DNA of 64,000 nucleotides from Spirochaetales bacterium (GCA_016928955.1 JAFGJV010000010.1:1-64000), one strand, 5' to 3'. Shown: positions 18,010 through 27,803, counted from the first letter of the stretch. The notes: generated from the letters alone by a model not told the origin. Numbers and translations are program-made.

Positions 18010-19653
18010 ATGTACGATTCCCTCATTCTTGGGGCGGAGCCATCGCCGGCCCTGCCACCCAACGAGCCGGTCAAGGCTTACGCCCCCGGCTCTCCCGAGC
18101 GCTTGGCCCTGGAGGCCGAGCTCAAATCCATGATGGCCAACCCACCGGAAATCCCCTTGGTCATAGGCGGCAAGGAGGTGCGAACCGGCCGTCTGCGCGA
18201 CATCCGGGCGCCCTTTGACCACAGCCTGGTCCTTGGCCGCTGGCATGAGGCCGGCGCGGCCGAAGCGGCCATGGCCGCAGACGCAGCCGCCAAAGCGGCC
18301 ACTGACTGGGCCCGGACGCCGTATAGGGAGCGGGCCGCCGTGTTCCGCAAGGCCGCCGCTCTTATATCCGGTGGCTGGTGGAAAAAACTCGCCGCTGCCA
18401 GCATCCTGGGCCAGTCCAAAAACTACCACCAAGCGGAAATAGACGCCGTGTGCGAGACGGCGGACTTTTTCCGCATCAACCCAGCCCTGGCGGAAAGGCT
18501 CTACGCCGAGCAGCCCCGCTCTGACGAATTCGAGACCAACATCATGGACTACCGGCCGCTGGAGGGCTTTGTATACGCGGTCAGTCCTTTCAATTTTACG
18601 GCCATAGCGGCCAATCTTCCCAGCGCGCCCGCCCTGATGGGCAACGTGGTGGTGTGGAAGCCCGCGTCCACCTCGGTTCTGTCCAATTGGTACCTGGCCC
18701 AGCTGTACCGGGAAGCTGGCCTGCCCCCCGGCGTCATCAACTTCTTGCCCGGCGCATCCAGGGACATCACGGCCGCCCTCATGGCCCGGCCGGACCTTGC
18801 CGGTATCCACTTTACCGGTTCGACCGCCGTGTTCAATTCCCTGTGGAAAACGGCTGCGGAAAACCTGTCAAGCTACCGCGCCTATCCCCGCATCGTGGGC
18901 GAGACCGGGGGCAAGGACTTTGTGTTCGTCCACCCGGACGCCGACCTTGAGGCCGCCGTCACTGCCTGCGTGCGCGGCGCCTTTGAGTACCAGGGACAGA
19001 AATGCTCGGCCGCCAGCCGCCTGTACCTGCCTCGTTCCCGCAAGAAGGAATTCATGGACCGCTTCCTGGCAGAGCTCAAGGCGGTAAAAATGGGCTCTCC
19101 GCTGGATCCGTCAAATTTTGTCAACGCCGTCATAGACAAAGGCGCGTTCGACACCATAGGCGCTTATGTGGACCGGGCCAAGGCCAACCCTTCCTGCTCC
19201 ATCATGGCCGGAGGCTCCCGCGATTCGTCCACGGGCTGGTTCGTGGAACCCACGGTCATCATGACCGAGGATCCCAGGGCCGAGCCCATGGTAGAGGAGA
19301 TCTTTGGCCCCGTGCTCACGGCCTACGCCTATGACGATTCGGACCTGGACGCAGCCTACCGCCTGGTGGACCAAGGCGCGCCTTACGCCCTGACGGGGGC
19401 CGTGTTCGCCCGCGAACGGGCGGACATAGACCATGCCCTGGTAGCCCTGCGCAACGCCGCCGGCAATTTCTACATCAACGACAAGCCCACGGGCGCCGTA
19501 GTGGGCAGGCAGCCCTTTGGCGGAGCCAGGGCGTCTGGCACCAACGACAAAGCGGGTTCCTTCCTCAACCTGGTGCGCTGGACCAGCCCCCGGGCCATCA
19601 AGGAGAACATGGCCCCGCCCCGCGACTGGCGCTATCCCTTCCTGGGTACATAA
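18010..19653 (+). CDS. pruA: L-glutamate gamma-semialdehyde (P5C) dehydrogenase
   Basis: NEPVKAYAPGS, PFNFTAI, HFTGST, GETGGK, FEYQGQKCSA, EEIFGP, GNFYINDKPTGAVVG; GAAAGGAG SD. Confidence 0.93.
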   Translation: MYDSLILGAEPSPALPPNEPVKAYAPGSPERLALEAELKSMMANPPEIPLVIGGKEVRTGRLRDIRAPFDHSLVLGRWHEAGAAEAAMAADAAAKAATDWARTPYRERAAVFRKAAALISGGWWKKLAAASILGQSKNYHQAEIDAVCETADFFRINPALAERLYAEQPRSDEFETNIMDYRPLEGFVYAVSPFNFTAIAANLPSAPALMGNVVVWKPASTSVLSNWYLAQLYREAGLPPGVINFLPGASRDITAALMARPDLAGIHFTGSTAVFNSLWKTAAENLSSYRAYPRIVGETGGKDFVFVHPDADLEAAVTACVRGAFEYQGQKCSAASRLYLPRSRKKEFMDRFLAELKAVKMGSPLDPSNFVNAVIDKGAFDTIGAYVDRAKANPSCSIMAGGSRDSSTGWFVEPTVIMTEDPRAEPMVEEIFGPVLTAYAYDDSDLDAAYRLVDQGAPYALTGAVFARERADIDHALVALRNAAGNFYINDKPTGAVVGRQPFGGARASGTNDKAGSFLNLVRWTSPRAIKENMAPPRDWRYPFLGT

Positions 19654-19658
19654 AATTC

Positions 19659-19712
19659 CTGTCCGGGAGGGCAACCCGCCCCGGGTTTCCCTCCCGGCCC
19701 CACCCTTCCTGA
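19659..19712 (+). repeat. 54-bp palindromic repeat, copy 2 (REP-like)
   Basis: Differs from copy 1 only in the loop region. Confidence 0.85.
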
Positions 19713-19717
19713 AGCCG

Positions 19718-20977
19718 TCATGCCATCCACAGTCCCAGGCCCGGATTGCGTATAAAATAGAAATCCTCACCATCCAGGGCGTTCCACCCTTCGCGCAGGC
19801 GTGCGGGGTCGTACCGTCGCGTAAGGATGCCCGGGTCGGCCCACTCGTAGCCCACGCTCTCCAGCTCGTCCTTGGATAAGCCGGACGCGTACACCACCCG
19901 GAAGCGGCCTTCCGTAGAGCCGTGGACCAGGTGGGCGGCCCCGGCCAGGTCGTCGGCCAGCTCGCCTGAGTCCACCAGGGCCCGAACGCTGTCCGTGCCC
20001 CGGTAACCGTATCTCCGTATGGTCGCGTCTATGGCCGGGTCCTCGCCAAAGCAGTCCACGCCTGGCGCAAGGATCACCAGGGTACCGCCGTCAGCCATGG
20101 CCAGCCGGGTGCGGTATATGGCTTTGTTGCCAAGCCAGGTGGAGCGGTACTCGGCGGGATCCAGCCACACCAGCGCCGTGCCCGGCTTCCGCTCCAGCTT
20201 GGTCACGTTCACCTGGGCTGACAGGGCCGCGGCATGCTCAAAGGGCCGCCGGTCAAAGCCCGTAAAGAAACCCCTGGTGGCCAAGCCGCCTGAGCCGTCC
20301 GGACCGATCACGGTCAGCGCGTAGAGTATGGGCATGTCGGAGGCAAAGTGGGCGGACGCGTAGTCCAGCACGGCGCGTACCGGCGTGTCCACGCGCCCGA
20401 GCGTCCTTTCTATGCCGTACGCCGCTCCCAGCCAGTGGGAACGATCGATGGCCTCCTTGCCTCCAACGCCAACAAACACGTTCTTGCTGTGGTTGGCCAT
20501 GCCCACCACCTCGTGCGGCACCACCTGGCCCAAAGACAGGATCAGGTCAAAGTCCCCGTCCACAAGCAGGCGATTGACCTGGGCCGGCCAGGAAAAAGCG
20601 CACGCTCCCTCGGAAACGCCGCTGACAAAGGATCCGGGCACGGTGCCCAAGGTGACCGTGTCATGGCGCCAGTCATGCGGCAGGAAAAGGCGCTCGGGTA
20701 CGCCTGGGAAAAAGCGGCGTATGTCCTCGGCGTCCAGGGGCCGGTGCGTGCCCAAGGCGGGCATGACGGCGGCCAGGGCGCTGCCATAGTGATCATAGGC
20801 GGCCTTGAGGAGTACTCCGGCCTTGGAATGGGCCCGTGTGCCGTCCGGCGGCAGGGCCAGCACCTTCCGTCGCTCGCCAAGGCTTTTCAGAACTGATACA
20901 AAAGCTGCCGCCAGCCTTGCGTCGTCCACATGTTGCTCCCGCCCGCCAAGCGAGCTGTATCCGCGCGTGTCGTCCAT
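19718..20977 (-). CDS. Lactate racemase (LarA/DUF2088) domain protein, probable 2-hydroxyacid epimerase
   Basis: PPDGTR, PALGTH, HDWR, VPHEVVGMANHSKN, WLGNKAIYRTR, ADGGTLVILAPG. Confidence 0.8.
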   Translation of the reverse strand: MDDTRGYSSLGGREQHVDDARLAAAFVSVLKSLGERRKVLALPPDGTRAHSKAGVLLKAAYDHYGSALAAVMPALGTHRPLDAEDIRRFFPGVPERLFLPHDWRHDTVTLGTVPGSFVSGVSEGACAFSWPAQVNRLLVDGDFDLILSLGQVVPHEVVGMANHSKNVFVGVGGKEAIDRSHWLGAAYGIERTLGRVDTPVRAVLDYASAHFASDMPILYALTVIGPDGSGGLATRGFFTGFDRRPFEHAAALSAQVNVTKLERKPGTALVWLDPAEYRSTWLGNKAIYRTRLAMADGGTLVILAPGVDCFGEDPAIDATIRRYGYRGTDSVRALVDSGELADDLAGAAHLVHGSTEGRFRVVYASGLSKDELESVGYEWADPGILTRRYDPARLREGWNALDGEDFYFIRNPGLGLWMA

Positions 20978-21038
20978 GGCAAAACTATACCACGCGTTGT
21001 GGCTTGCGGACACGGGAGCCCCATGGCATAGTGGATGC

Positions 21039-21728
21039 ATGATGAGGGTAAAGCGACTATCCAGTGAAAGCGCCTGGGCCCGGGCCGTGGCTGACGATTT
21101 TGTGCATCTTGCCGAGCTCATGCCGACCGACCGGCCAGTGCGCGTCTGCCTGGCCGGCGGCTCAACGCCGGAGCCGGCCTACCGCGCCTTGGCCACGGCC
21201 ATATCGGACGGCACCATACCCTTCCCGGAAGGCCAACTCCCGCGCTACACCCTGATTGTGGGCGACGAAAGGGCGGACGCGGCCACCGGCAGCGAGCGCA
21301 ACGAAACCATGATCCGGAGAGCCTTTGAAGGTCCCCTTGAGGACGGTCTGGCCACCCTTGTGGGCTGGCACAGCGACCCGTCCGAGGCTCTGTACGCCAT
21401 GGACAGGGAGCTTGCCGCCTTTCCTGCTGACGGGAGTCCCTTGTTCGATATCTGTTACCTGGGCCTGGGCGCTGACGGCCATACGGCTGGCGTCTTTCCA
21501 GGCTCAAAGCCGCCCATGGGCGGACGCACCCTGTCCTGCCGCGCCCCCGAGCGTCCCTTCAAGCGACTGAGTTGCAGCTTGGACACCCTGGCTTCCGCGG
21601 GCCACACGCGCTTTTTGCTGCGGTCCAGGGGCAAGGAAATGGCCCTGGCCAGGCTCCTGGAGCATGACCGGGAGCTGATAGCCACCCGGGCGGCGGCACG
21701 CGAAACCGTGGTATTCGTGCTCGGCTGA
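21039..21728 (+). CDS. pgl: 6-phosphogluconolactonase-like protein
   Basis: LAGGSTP, GDER, SERNETM, FDICYLGLGADGHTAGVFP. Confidence 0.8.
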   Translation: MMRVKRLSSESAWARAVADDFVHLAELMPTDRPVRVCLAGGSTPEPAYRALATAISDGTIPFPEGQLPRYTLIVGDERADAATGSERNETMIRRAFEGPLEDGLATLVGWHSDPSEALYAMDRELAAFPADGSPLFDICYLGLGADGHTAGVFPGSKPPMGGRTLSCRAPERPFKRLSCSLDTLASAGHTRFLLRSRGKEMALARLLEHDRELIATRAAARETVVFVLG

Positions 21729-21750
21729 TTCTTGGCCGTGGCCCCCGCGC

Positions 21751-22149
21751 TCAGGCCATGCCCAGGCTCAGGTCCCCGTGGATTTTGAGCATGGTGCCGT
21801 CCCTGTCAACGGACAAGGCTCGCCCGGGAAAATGCCTTGGCAGGAGCCGTTCCAGTTCCGCCTTCACAAAGTCTTCCAGCTCAAGCCGATCGTCCTGGCT
21901 CACGGTTTCCTCCGTGGCCACGATGATTTCCACCAGGTAACCCCTGCCCAGACGGCTTCCGTAACCGGGCGTAAAGAACACGCCCACATTGAACAGGCCG
22001 TCAGCCTCCGGATTGGATGTTTTGCCCCTGGCGGGACGGTTGCGCCTGAGCTTCCAGCGGCCGGCATAGCGGTTTTCCAGTACGGCGTCCAGTTCGTCAA
22101 AGAGGGCCTTAACGCTACGATCCCACGCGTGGGCTTTTGGATGGTTCAC
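21751..22149 (-). CDS. Hypothetical protein
   Basis: 132-aa ORF overlapping the rarD stop (GTGA). Confidence 0.65.
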   Translation of the reverse strand: MNHPKAHAWDRSVKALFDELDAVLENRYAGRWKLRRNRPARGKTSNPEADGLFNVGVFFTPGYGSRLGRGYLVEIIVATEETVSQDDRLELEDFVKAELERLLPRHFPGRALSVDRDGTMLKIHGDLSLGMA

Positions 22150-23039
22150 GTGGCGGCTTTTCTCCGCGTTGCCAGGAACACGGTCAGGGCGGCCAGAATA
22201 AAGCCAAAGGCCAGGGCCCTTGCCCCTTCCAGCCGTTCGCCGTATACCAACACGCCCAGGCTCAGCTGCAGGGTCGGGGACAGGTATTGCAGGAAGCCCA
22301 TGCGGGACAGGGGCAAGAGCCGTACTCCTGCGGCGTACAGCATCAAGGGTATGGCGGTTATAGGCCCGGCAAGCGTGAGAAGGACCGTAGGTCCTGCACC
22401 GGCGTTCCAGAATGAGCCTCTGCCGGCCGTGTGCTCCACGGCCAGAAAAACCAGGGCAAGCGGAAAGACAAAGGCCGTCTCGGCAGCCAGGCCGTTGATT
22501 GAATCCAGATTGGCCTTTTTCTTAATGTACCCGTAGACGGCAAAGGTCACCGCCAGGGACAAAGACACCCAGGGCAGGCGGCCATACGACACCGTCAGTA
22601 TGCCTATGCCCACCAGTGCCACTGCTGACGCGGCTATCATACCCTTGTCGATCTTTTCCCTGAGCAACGTAGCCCCGATTAGGACGGACACCAGCGGATT
22701 GAGGTAGTAGCCCAGACTGGATTCTATGATGCGGCCGGAGTTGACCGCCCAGATGTAAATGCCCCAGTTGAGGGTAACCAGGAACCCAGCGGCCGCCGAC
22801 GCAAGAAGGCGCCGGGGCGACCTCAGAAAAGACGCCAGGTCCCTCCCGCGCCCGGTGGCCAGCGCCAGGATCAGGCTGAAAACAAAGGCCCAGGCCACCC
22901 GGTGGGCCAGAATCTGGAAGGAGTCGACGGAAGACAGGGCCTTCCAGTAGATGGGAAACAGGCCCCACATGGCGTACGCCGCCACCCCGTAGGCCGTGCC
23001 AAGCGCTCCCGGCGCGCGCGATCCGTCCGGTTCCCGCAT
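22146..23039 (-). CDS. rarD: EamA family transporter RarD
   Basis: WGLFPIYWK, ILAHR, NWGIYIWAV, SLGYYLNPL, GFLQYLSPT. Confidence 0.92.
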   Translation of the reverse strand: MREPDGSRAPGALGTAYGVAAYAMWGLFPIYWKALSSVDSFQILAHRVAWAFVFSLILALATGRGRDLASFLRSPRRLLASAAAGFLVTLNWGIYIWAVNSGRIIESSLGYYLNPLVSVLIGATLLREKIDKGMIAASAVALVGIGILTVSYGRLPWVSLSLAVTFAVYGYIKKKANLDSINGLAAETAFVFPLALVFLAVEHTAGRGSFWNAGAGPTVLLTLAGPITAIPLMLYAAGVRLLPLSRMGFLQYLSPTLQLSLGVLVYGERLEGARALAFGFILAALTVFLATRRKAAT

Positions 23040-23055
23040 CGTTTCCTCCGCTTTC

Positions 23056-23099
23056 AAAAAAAAGGACCGCCCATGGCCATGGGCCGTATGGGCGATCCT
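23056..23099 (-). terminator. Intrinsic terminator closing the ribosomal protein/alpha operon
   Basis: AGGATCGCCCAT...ATGGGCGGTCCT then a T run on the minus strand. Confidence 0.75.
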
Positions 23100-23124
23100 C
23101 CTTGCACGCGGCCGTTTGGGCCGC

Positions 23125-23295
23125 TTATTTCTTGTTGGCTAGGGTCGCCTTGCAGAGCTTGCAAATGTTCGTCTTGGCTCCGTCAATCTCCTGCTCGTAC
23201 AGGAGCTTGACGCCGGAACGCTTGCAGATGGGGCACTGGCCCCGGCCGCCTTTGGCGAGCTCGGCTATACCCTTGCCGCGATGTGCCTTGGACAT
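23125..23295 (-). CDS. Small basic zinc-ribbon protein (56 aa), last gene of the ribosomal operon
   Basis: Manual translation MSKAHRGKGIAELAKGGRGQCPICKRSGVKLLYEQEIDGAKTNICKLCKATLANKK; GAAGGAG SD; lies between the rplQ stop and the terminator. Confidence 0.85.
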   Translation of the reverse strand: MSKAHRGKGIAELAKGGRGQCPICKRSGVKLLYEQEIDGAKTNICKLCKATLANKK

Positions 23296-23312
23296 GCTTG
23301 CTCCTTCCAGCC

Positions 23313-23810
23313 TTACTCGGCCGCTTTTTCTTCGGCCTTGGCCTTGGCGGTCACGCGGGTCTTGGACTCGTTGCGGGCCTTGGTCTTGGCTTTTTCCTTG
23401 GACTTGGTCTCGGGCTTGGCGGCCTTCTTGGCATCATGCTTGCCCTCTTCCAGCTTGTAGTCGACCAGCTGGAGCACGACCATGTCGGCGGCGTCGCCGG
23501 CGCGGAAACCCAGTTTCAGGATGCGGGTGTAACCGCCCTTGCGTTCCTTCATCCGGGGACCGATGTCCTTGAACAGCTTGGCCAGGATGGCCTCGTCCTT
23601 GATTCTCTCGCCGATCACGCGGCGGTTGTGCACGCTGTCTTCCTTGGCGCGCGTGATCATCTTCTCGGCGTGGCGGCGGACTTCCAAGGCTTTGGCCTTG
23701 GTGGTCACGATTCGCTCATGCCTGAAGAGCACGGTAGCCATGTTCCGGATCAGGGCCTTGCGGTGCGAGGCGTTCCGGTTCAGCTTGTTGAAGCCCTTCT
23801 TATGATTCAT
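23313..23810 (-). CDS. rplQ: 50S ribosomal protein L17 with K/A/E-rich tail
   Basis: [23 protein letters not shown]. Confidence 0.97.
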   Translation of the reverse strand: MNHKKGFNKLNRNASHRKALIRNMATVLFRHERIVTTKAKALEVRRHAEKMITRAKEDSVHNRRVIGERIKDEAILAKLFKDIGPRMKERKGGYTRILKLGFRAGDAADMVVLQLVDYKLEEGKHDAKKAAKPETKSKEKAKTKARNESKTRVTAKAKAEEKAAE

Positions 23811-24855
23811 GGGTTTCTTCCTTCTGCTTCTCGTTCTTCAGGTGAGCCCTGAGGTCGGTGTAGTCGGTAGACCCGAGGTTGAGGTTCCAGTCCTGGAGGC
23901 GATCCTTGATCTCCTGCAGGGATTTCTTCCCAAAGTTCCTGGTCTTGGCTATGTCGTCCTCGGTCTTGCGGGTCAAGTCGCCAATCGTCTTTATATTGGC
24001 GTTCTTGAGGCAGTTCGACGAGCGCACGGAAAGCTCAAGTTCCTCCACCGGCGTGGCCAGTATCTGCCTGACCCGCTCCTCTATCTCGTCGCTTTCCTCG
24101 TCGGAGCCGAGTTCGCTCTCGTCAAAGTTGACAAAGATGGAGAAATGGTCCTTGGCGATCTTGGCGGCCTCCGCCAGGGCGTCTTCCGGCTTGATGGTCC
24201 CGTCTGTCCATATCTCGAGCACGAGCTTGTCGTAGTCGGACCGGTGTCCCACCCGCGTGGGCTCCACGGCGTAGCGTGCCTTGACCACCGGTGAGAAGAT
24301 CGAGTCCATGGGTATGGTGCCCACAATGTCCACGTACTTCTCGTTGATCTCGCTGGGAACGTAGCCGCGCCCAAGGTCGATCTGCACTTCCAGGGTCAGC
24401 TTGACGCCGGCCTCAAGACTCATGAGGCGCGTTTCCGGGTTCAGGACCTTCAGGGTCCGGTCCTTCATCAGGGCCGCTCCGTCTATGTCCGCGGGCCCTG
24501 CCAGTTCGTACTCGAACGTGGCCTGCTCCTGCTCCTCAGGCAACTGCACCCTGAGGCGTTTCAGGTTGTTCAGGAGCTCGATGGTGTCCTCGGAAACGCC
24601 CTGTATGGTCTCGAATTCGCTCGATATCACGTGCTGGGCGCCGTCTTCCCCGGTCCGGGTGATGCGCACAGCCGTTATGGCGTAGCCCTGGATGGAAGAG
24701 AGGAGTATGCGGCGCAGGGTGTTACCCACGGTCGTTCCGTACCCGGGCTCGAAGGGATAGGCTATGAATTTTCCGTAATCCGAGGAGCTTTCGCTCTGCT
24801 CGTAAGTGATGCCTTTCGGCCTCTTGAAGCCCTTGAGCAGGTTCTTTCGCGCCAT
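23800..24855 (-). CDS. rpoA: RNA polymerase alpha subunit
   Basis: [40 protein letters not shown]. Confidence 0.97.
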   Translation of the reverse strand: MARKNLLKGFKRPKGITYEQSESSSDYGKFIAYPFEPGYGTTVGNTLRRILLSSIQGYAITAVRITRTGEDGAQHVISSEFETIQGVSEDTIELLNNLKRLRVQLPEEQEQATFEYELAGPADIDGAALMKDRTLKVLNPETRLMSLEAGVKLTLEVQIDLGRGYVPSEINEKYVDIVGTIPMDSIFSPVVKARYAVEPTRVGHRSDYDKLVLEIWTDGTIKPEDALAEAAKIAKDHFSIFVNFDESELGSDEESDEIEERVRQILATPVEELELSVRSSNCLKNANIKTIGDLTRKTEDDIAKTRNFGKKSLQEIKDRLQDWNLNLGSTDYTDLRAHLKNEKQKEETHES

Positions 24856-24864
24856 GTCCACTCC

Positions 24865-25500
24865 TTACTTCGAATAGAGCTCGACCACGAGCTGTTCGCG
24901 GATATCGGCCATGTCGGTGACGTCCTGCCGCTGCGGCAGGGCTGTCAGCTTGCCTTCAGCCTTGTCCACGTCCAAGGAGAGCCAGGGAGCCACGCCGGAG
25001 CGCTCGTATTCGGCCAGTGCGCCGAGCAGGACCTTGTTGGTCTTGTACGAGGAATGCACGGTCACGGTGTCACCGGGCTTCACCTGGAAGGACGGCACGT
25101 TGACGCGCTTGCCGTTCACAAGCACGTGGCCGTGCAGGACCAGCTGGCGGGCCTGGGGCCTGCTTGAGGCAAAACGGAGGCGGTACGCGATGTTGTCCAG
25201 GCGGCGCTCAAGCAGGATGATGAGGTTCTCGCCTGTCTTTCCGGGCAGGCGCTGGGCCTTCTCGAAGGTGAGGCGGAACTGTTTCTCCATGAGGCCATAC
25301 GACCTCTTGAGCTTCTGCTTTTCGCGCAGCTGAACCGCATAGTCGGACTGCTTCTTGGCGCGGGCCTTGGGGTCCTTGCCGGGAGCGGGTCGCTTGCGGT
25401 TGATCGGGCACTTGTCGCTCTTGCACTTGTCGCCCTTGAGGAACAACCTCTTGTTTTCGGCGCGGCAGAGCCGGCATTTCGGGCCGATATAACGAGCCAT
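24865..25500 (-). CDS. rpsD: 30S ribosomal protein S4 (Zn-binding form)
   Basis: MARYIGPKCRLCR, QLREKQK, LERRLDN. Confidence 0.97.
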   Translation of the reverse strand: MARYIGPKCRLCRAENKRLFLKGDKCKSDKCPINRKRPAPGKDPKARAKKQSDYAVQLREKQKLKRSYGLMEKQFRLTFEKAQRLPGKTGENLIILLERRLDNIAYRLRFASSRPQARQLVLHGHVLVNGKRVNVPSFQVKPGDTVTVHSSYKTNKVLLGALAEYERSGVAPWLSLDVDKAEGKLTALPQRQDVTDMADIREQLVVELYSK

Positions 25501-25518
25501 TCTTTCTTTCCCCCTACC

Positions 25519-25899
25519 TTACATCCTGCGCGCTTTACGAGGGCGGCAGCCGTTGTGCGGAATGGGCGTGACGTCGGATATGCTCTTGATCTTGAGCCCG
25601 AGCGCGCCGATCTGGCGGATGGCGCTCTCGCGGCCAACACCTGGCCCCTTGACGTACACGTGCACTTCACGGAGACCCGAATTCAGGGCCTTCGATACTG
25701 CCTGCTCCGTTACGGACTGGGCCGCGAAGGGGGTGGACTTCTTCGCGCCGCGGAAACCCATACCGCCGGAGGATCCCCAGGAAATCGCGTTACCGTTGAG
25801 ATCGGTCACGGTAATGATGGTGTTATTGAAGGTGGCCTGGATAAAGACCTTTCCTTCATATACGCTCTTCTTCTCTTTGCGCTTCTTGACTTGAGCCAT
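25519..25899 (-). CDS. rpsK: 30S ribosomal protein S11
   Basis: [30 protein letters not shown]. Confidence 0.98.
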   Translation of the reverse strand: MAQVKKRKEKKSVYEGKVFIQATFNNTIITVTDLNGNAISWGSSGGMGFRGAKKSTPFAAQSVTEQAVSKALNSGLREVHVYVKGPGVGRESAIRQIGALGLKIKSISDVTPIPHNGCRPRKARRM

Positions 25900-25915
25900 G
25901 GATCGTTAAACCCCC

Positions 25916-26284
25916 TTAGGCCTTTTTCTTGTTGGCCACGGTCTTCTTCTTGCCCTTGCGCGTGCGCGCGTTTGTGCGCGTGCGCTGACCGCGTACGGGC
26001 AGGCCCCTGCGGTGCCTGAGGCCGCGGTAGCAGCCGATGTCCATGAGCCTCTTGATGTTGAGGGCCACCTCGGTGCGGAGGCGACCTTCGACCTTATAGT
26101 CGTTTTCGATCAGCTTGCGGAGCTCGTTGACCTCTTCATTGGAAAGGTCGTTGATGTTCCTCTGCGGATCGACCTTGACGGTATCGCAGATCTTCCGGGC
26201 GCTGGTGCGTCCGATCCCGTAGATGTAGGTGAGGGCTATCTCTACGTGCTTGTTGGGGAGGTCGACTCCCGCTATACGTGCCAT
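25916..26284 (-). CDS. rpsM: 30S ribosomal protein S13
   Basis: [28 protein letters not shown]. Confidence 0.98.
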   Translation of the reverse strand: MARIAGVDLPNKHVEIALTYIYGIGRTSARKICDTVKVDPQRNINDLSNEEVNELRKLIENDYKVEGRLRTEVALNIKRLMDIGCYRGLRHRRGLPVRGQRTRTNARTRKGKKKTVANKKKA

Positions 26285-26299
26285 GGAATACGGCCTCCT

Positions 26300-26413
26300 T
26301 TAACCCTGCTTCTGCTTGTGCTTAGGGTTCTCGCAGATGATACGGACTATGCCGTTCCGCTTGATCACCTTGCATTTATCGCATATGCGCTTGACGCTGG
26401 TCCTAACCTTCAT
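26300..26413 (-). CDS. rpmJ: 50S ribosomal protein L36
   Basis: Manual translation [37 protein letters not shown]. Confidence 0.97.
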   Translation of the reverse strand: MKVRTSVKRICDKCKVIKRNGIVRIICENPKHKQKQG

Positions 26414-26477
26414 TGTCGTTCCTCCGTGGGAGCCCGAAGGGCATTTGTAGCACGCATCGGGCCCGCTCGTCTACCTG

Positions 26478-27803
26478 TCAGAGATTCCTGCCCTTGATGT
26501 GGCCCTTACGGGTCAACCCATCGTGGTGGTGCATCTTGAGCTGGGCCTCAACCTGGCTCATGGTGTCCAGGTCCACGCCGACGAGGATCAGGAGGGACGT
26601 GCCGCCCAAGAGGTAGGCCAACTCGCTCGGGAAATCAAACAGCCGCTGTACGATCGTCGGGATGAGGGCGATCAGGGCCAGGTAGAGCGAGCCGGGGAGC
26701 ACGATCCTGTTTAGGATCTTCGTCAGGTATTCCTCCATCTTCTCGGAGCGGATGCCGGGTATGGAACCGCCGTTCTCGCGGATATTCTTGCTGATCTCCT
26801 GGGGGTTCAGGGAGACCTGCGTGTAGAAGTACGCGAAGAAGATGATGAGGAGAATATAGAATAGATTGTACCAGAAACCTTCCGGCCGCAGGAAGTTGGC
26901 AAAGTCGCGCAGCCATTTGGCTCCGGACATGCTACTGGCCATCTGCAGCGGGAACGTGAGCAGGCTGGAGGCAAAGATCACCGGAATCACGCCGGACGGG
27001 TTGATCTTGAACGGGATGTAGGTGTTCTGGGCGCCGTACATCTTGCGTCCGACCACGCGCTTGGCGTAGTTCACGGGAATCTTGCGTTGGCCCTGCTGCT
27101 CGTATATGACCAGGGTCACCACCGCCGCGAACAGGAGGATCACCACGATGGCGAACACCGCGTTGACTTCCCTGTTGGCTATCTTCTGGACCAGGGCCCA
27201 CAGCGCGTTCGGGAGTCGAGCCACGATTCCGGCAAAGATGATCAGCGAGACGCCGTTGCCGATGCCCCGCTTGGTGATCTGCTCGCCAATCCACACCAGG
27301 AACATGGTTCCGGTGGTCACCGTGGTGATGGCCAGGATCGTGTAGAAGGTCGGGTTGACCATCAGCACGTCCGGGTGGGTCTTGGCTATCTCCGTGGCGT
27401 AGGACACCGTGGCTATTGACTGCACGGCGGCCATGCCCACTGAGGCCAGGCGGGTCCACAGGGCGATCTTCTTCCTGCCGCCCTCCTCCTCAGCCACCCT
27501 CTTCATTGAGGGGAAGATGACCAGGAGCAGCTGCATGATGATCTGCGTCGATATGTAGGGCATGACGCCGAGCATGAACAGGGAGAAGTTCTTGAACGCG
27601 CCGCCCGCGAAGAAGTCCAGGTAGTCGGTGATGCCGCCCTGGCTGCTGACTGAGGCGAAGTAGTCCTTGAGGGCCCCGGCGTTGATGCCCGGGATCGGCA
27701 GGTATGCGCCAATCCTGAACACCATCAGCCAGAACACGGTATAGAATATGCGTTCTCGGAGCTCTTTTATGCGGAACACATCTGCTAACGCGTTGCCTGC
27801 CAT
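26478..27803 (-). CDS. secY: Preprotein translocase subunit SecY
   Basis: LGVMPYI, GIGNGVSLIIFAGI, GVIPVIFA, GGTSLLILVGV. Confidence 0.98.
   Translation of the reverse strand: MAGNALADVFRIKELRERIFYTVFWLMVFRIGAYLPIPGINAGALKDYFASVSSQGGITDYLDFFAGGAFKNFSLFMLGVMPYISTQIIMQLLLVIFPSMKRVAEEEGGRKKIALWTRLASVGMAAVQSIATVSYATEIAKTHPDVLMVNPTFYTILAITTVTTGTMFLVWIGEQITKRGIGNGVSLIIFAGIVARLPNALWALVQKIANREVNAVFAIVVILLFAAVVTLVIYEQQGQRKIPVNYAKRVVGRKMYGAQNTYIPFKINPSGVIPVIFASSLLTFPLQMASSMSGAKWLRDFANFLRPEGFWYNLFYILLIIFFAYFYTQVSLNPQEISKNIRENGGSIPGIRSEKMEEYLTKILNRIVLPGSLYLALIALIPTIVQRLFDFPSELAYLLGGTSLLILVGVDLDTMSQVEAQLKMHHHDGLTRKGHIKGRNL

Noticed and set aside
17619..19712. Repeats interpreted as a CRISPR array
   Set aside because: Only two copies 2 kb apart, no spacer periodicity and no cas genes.
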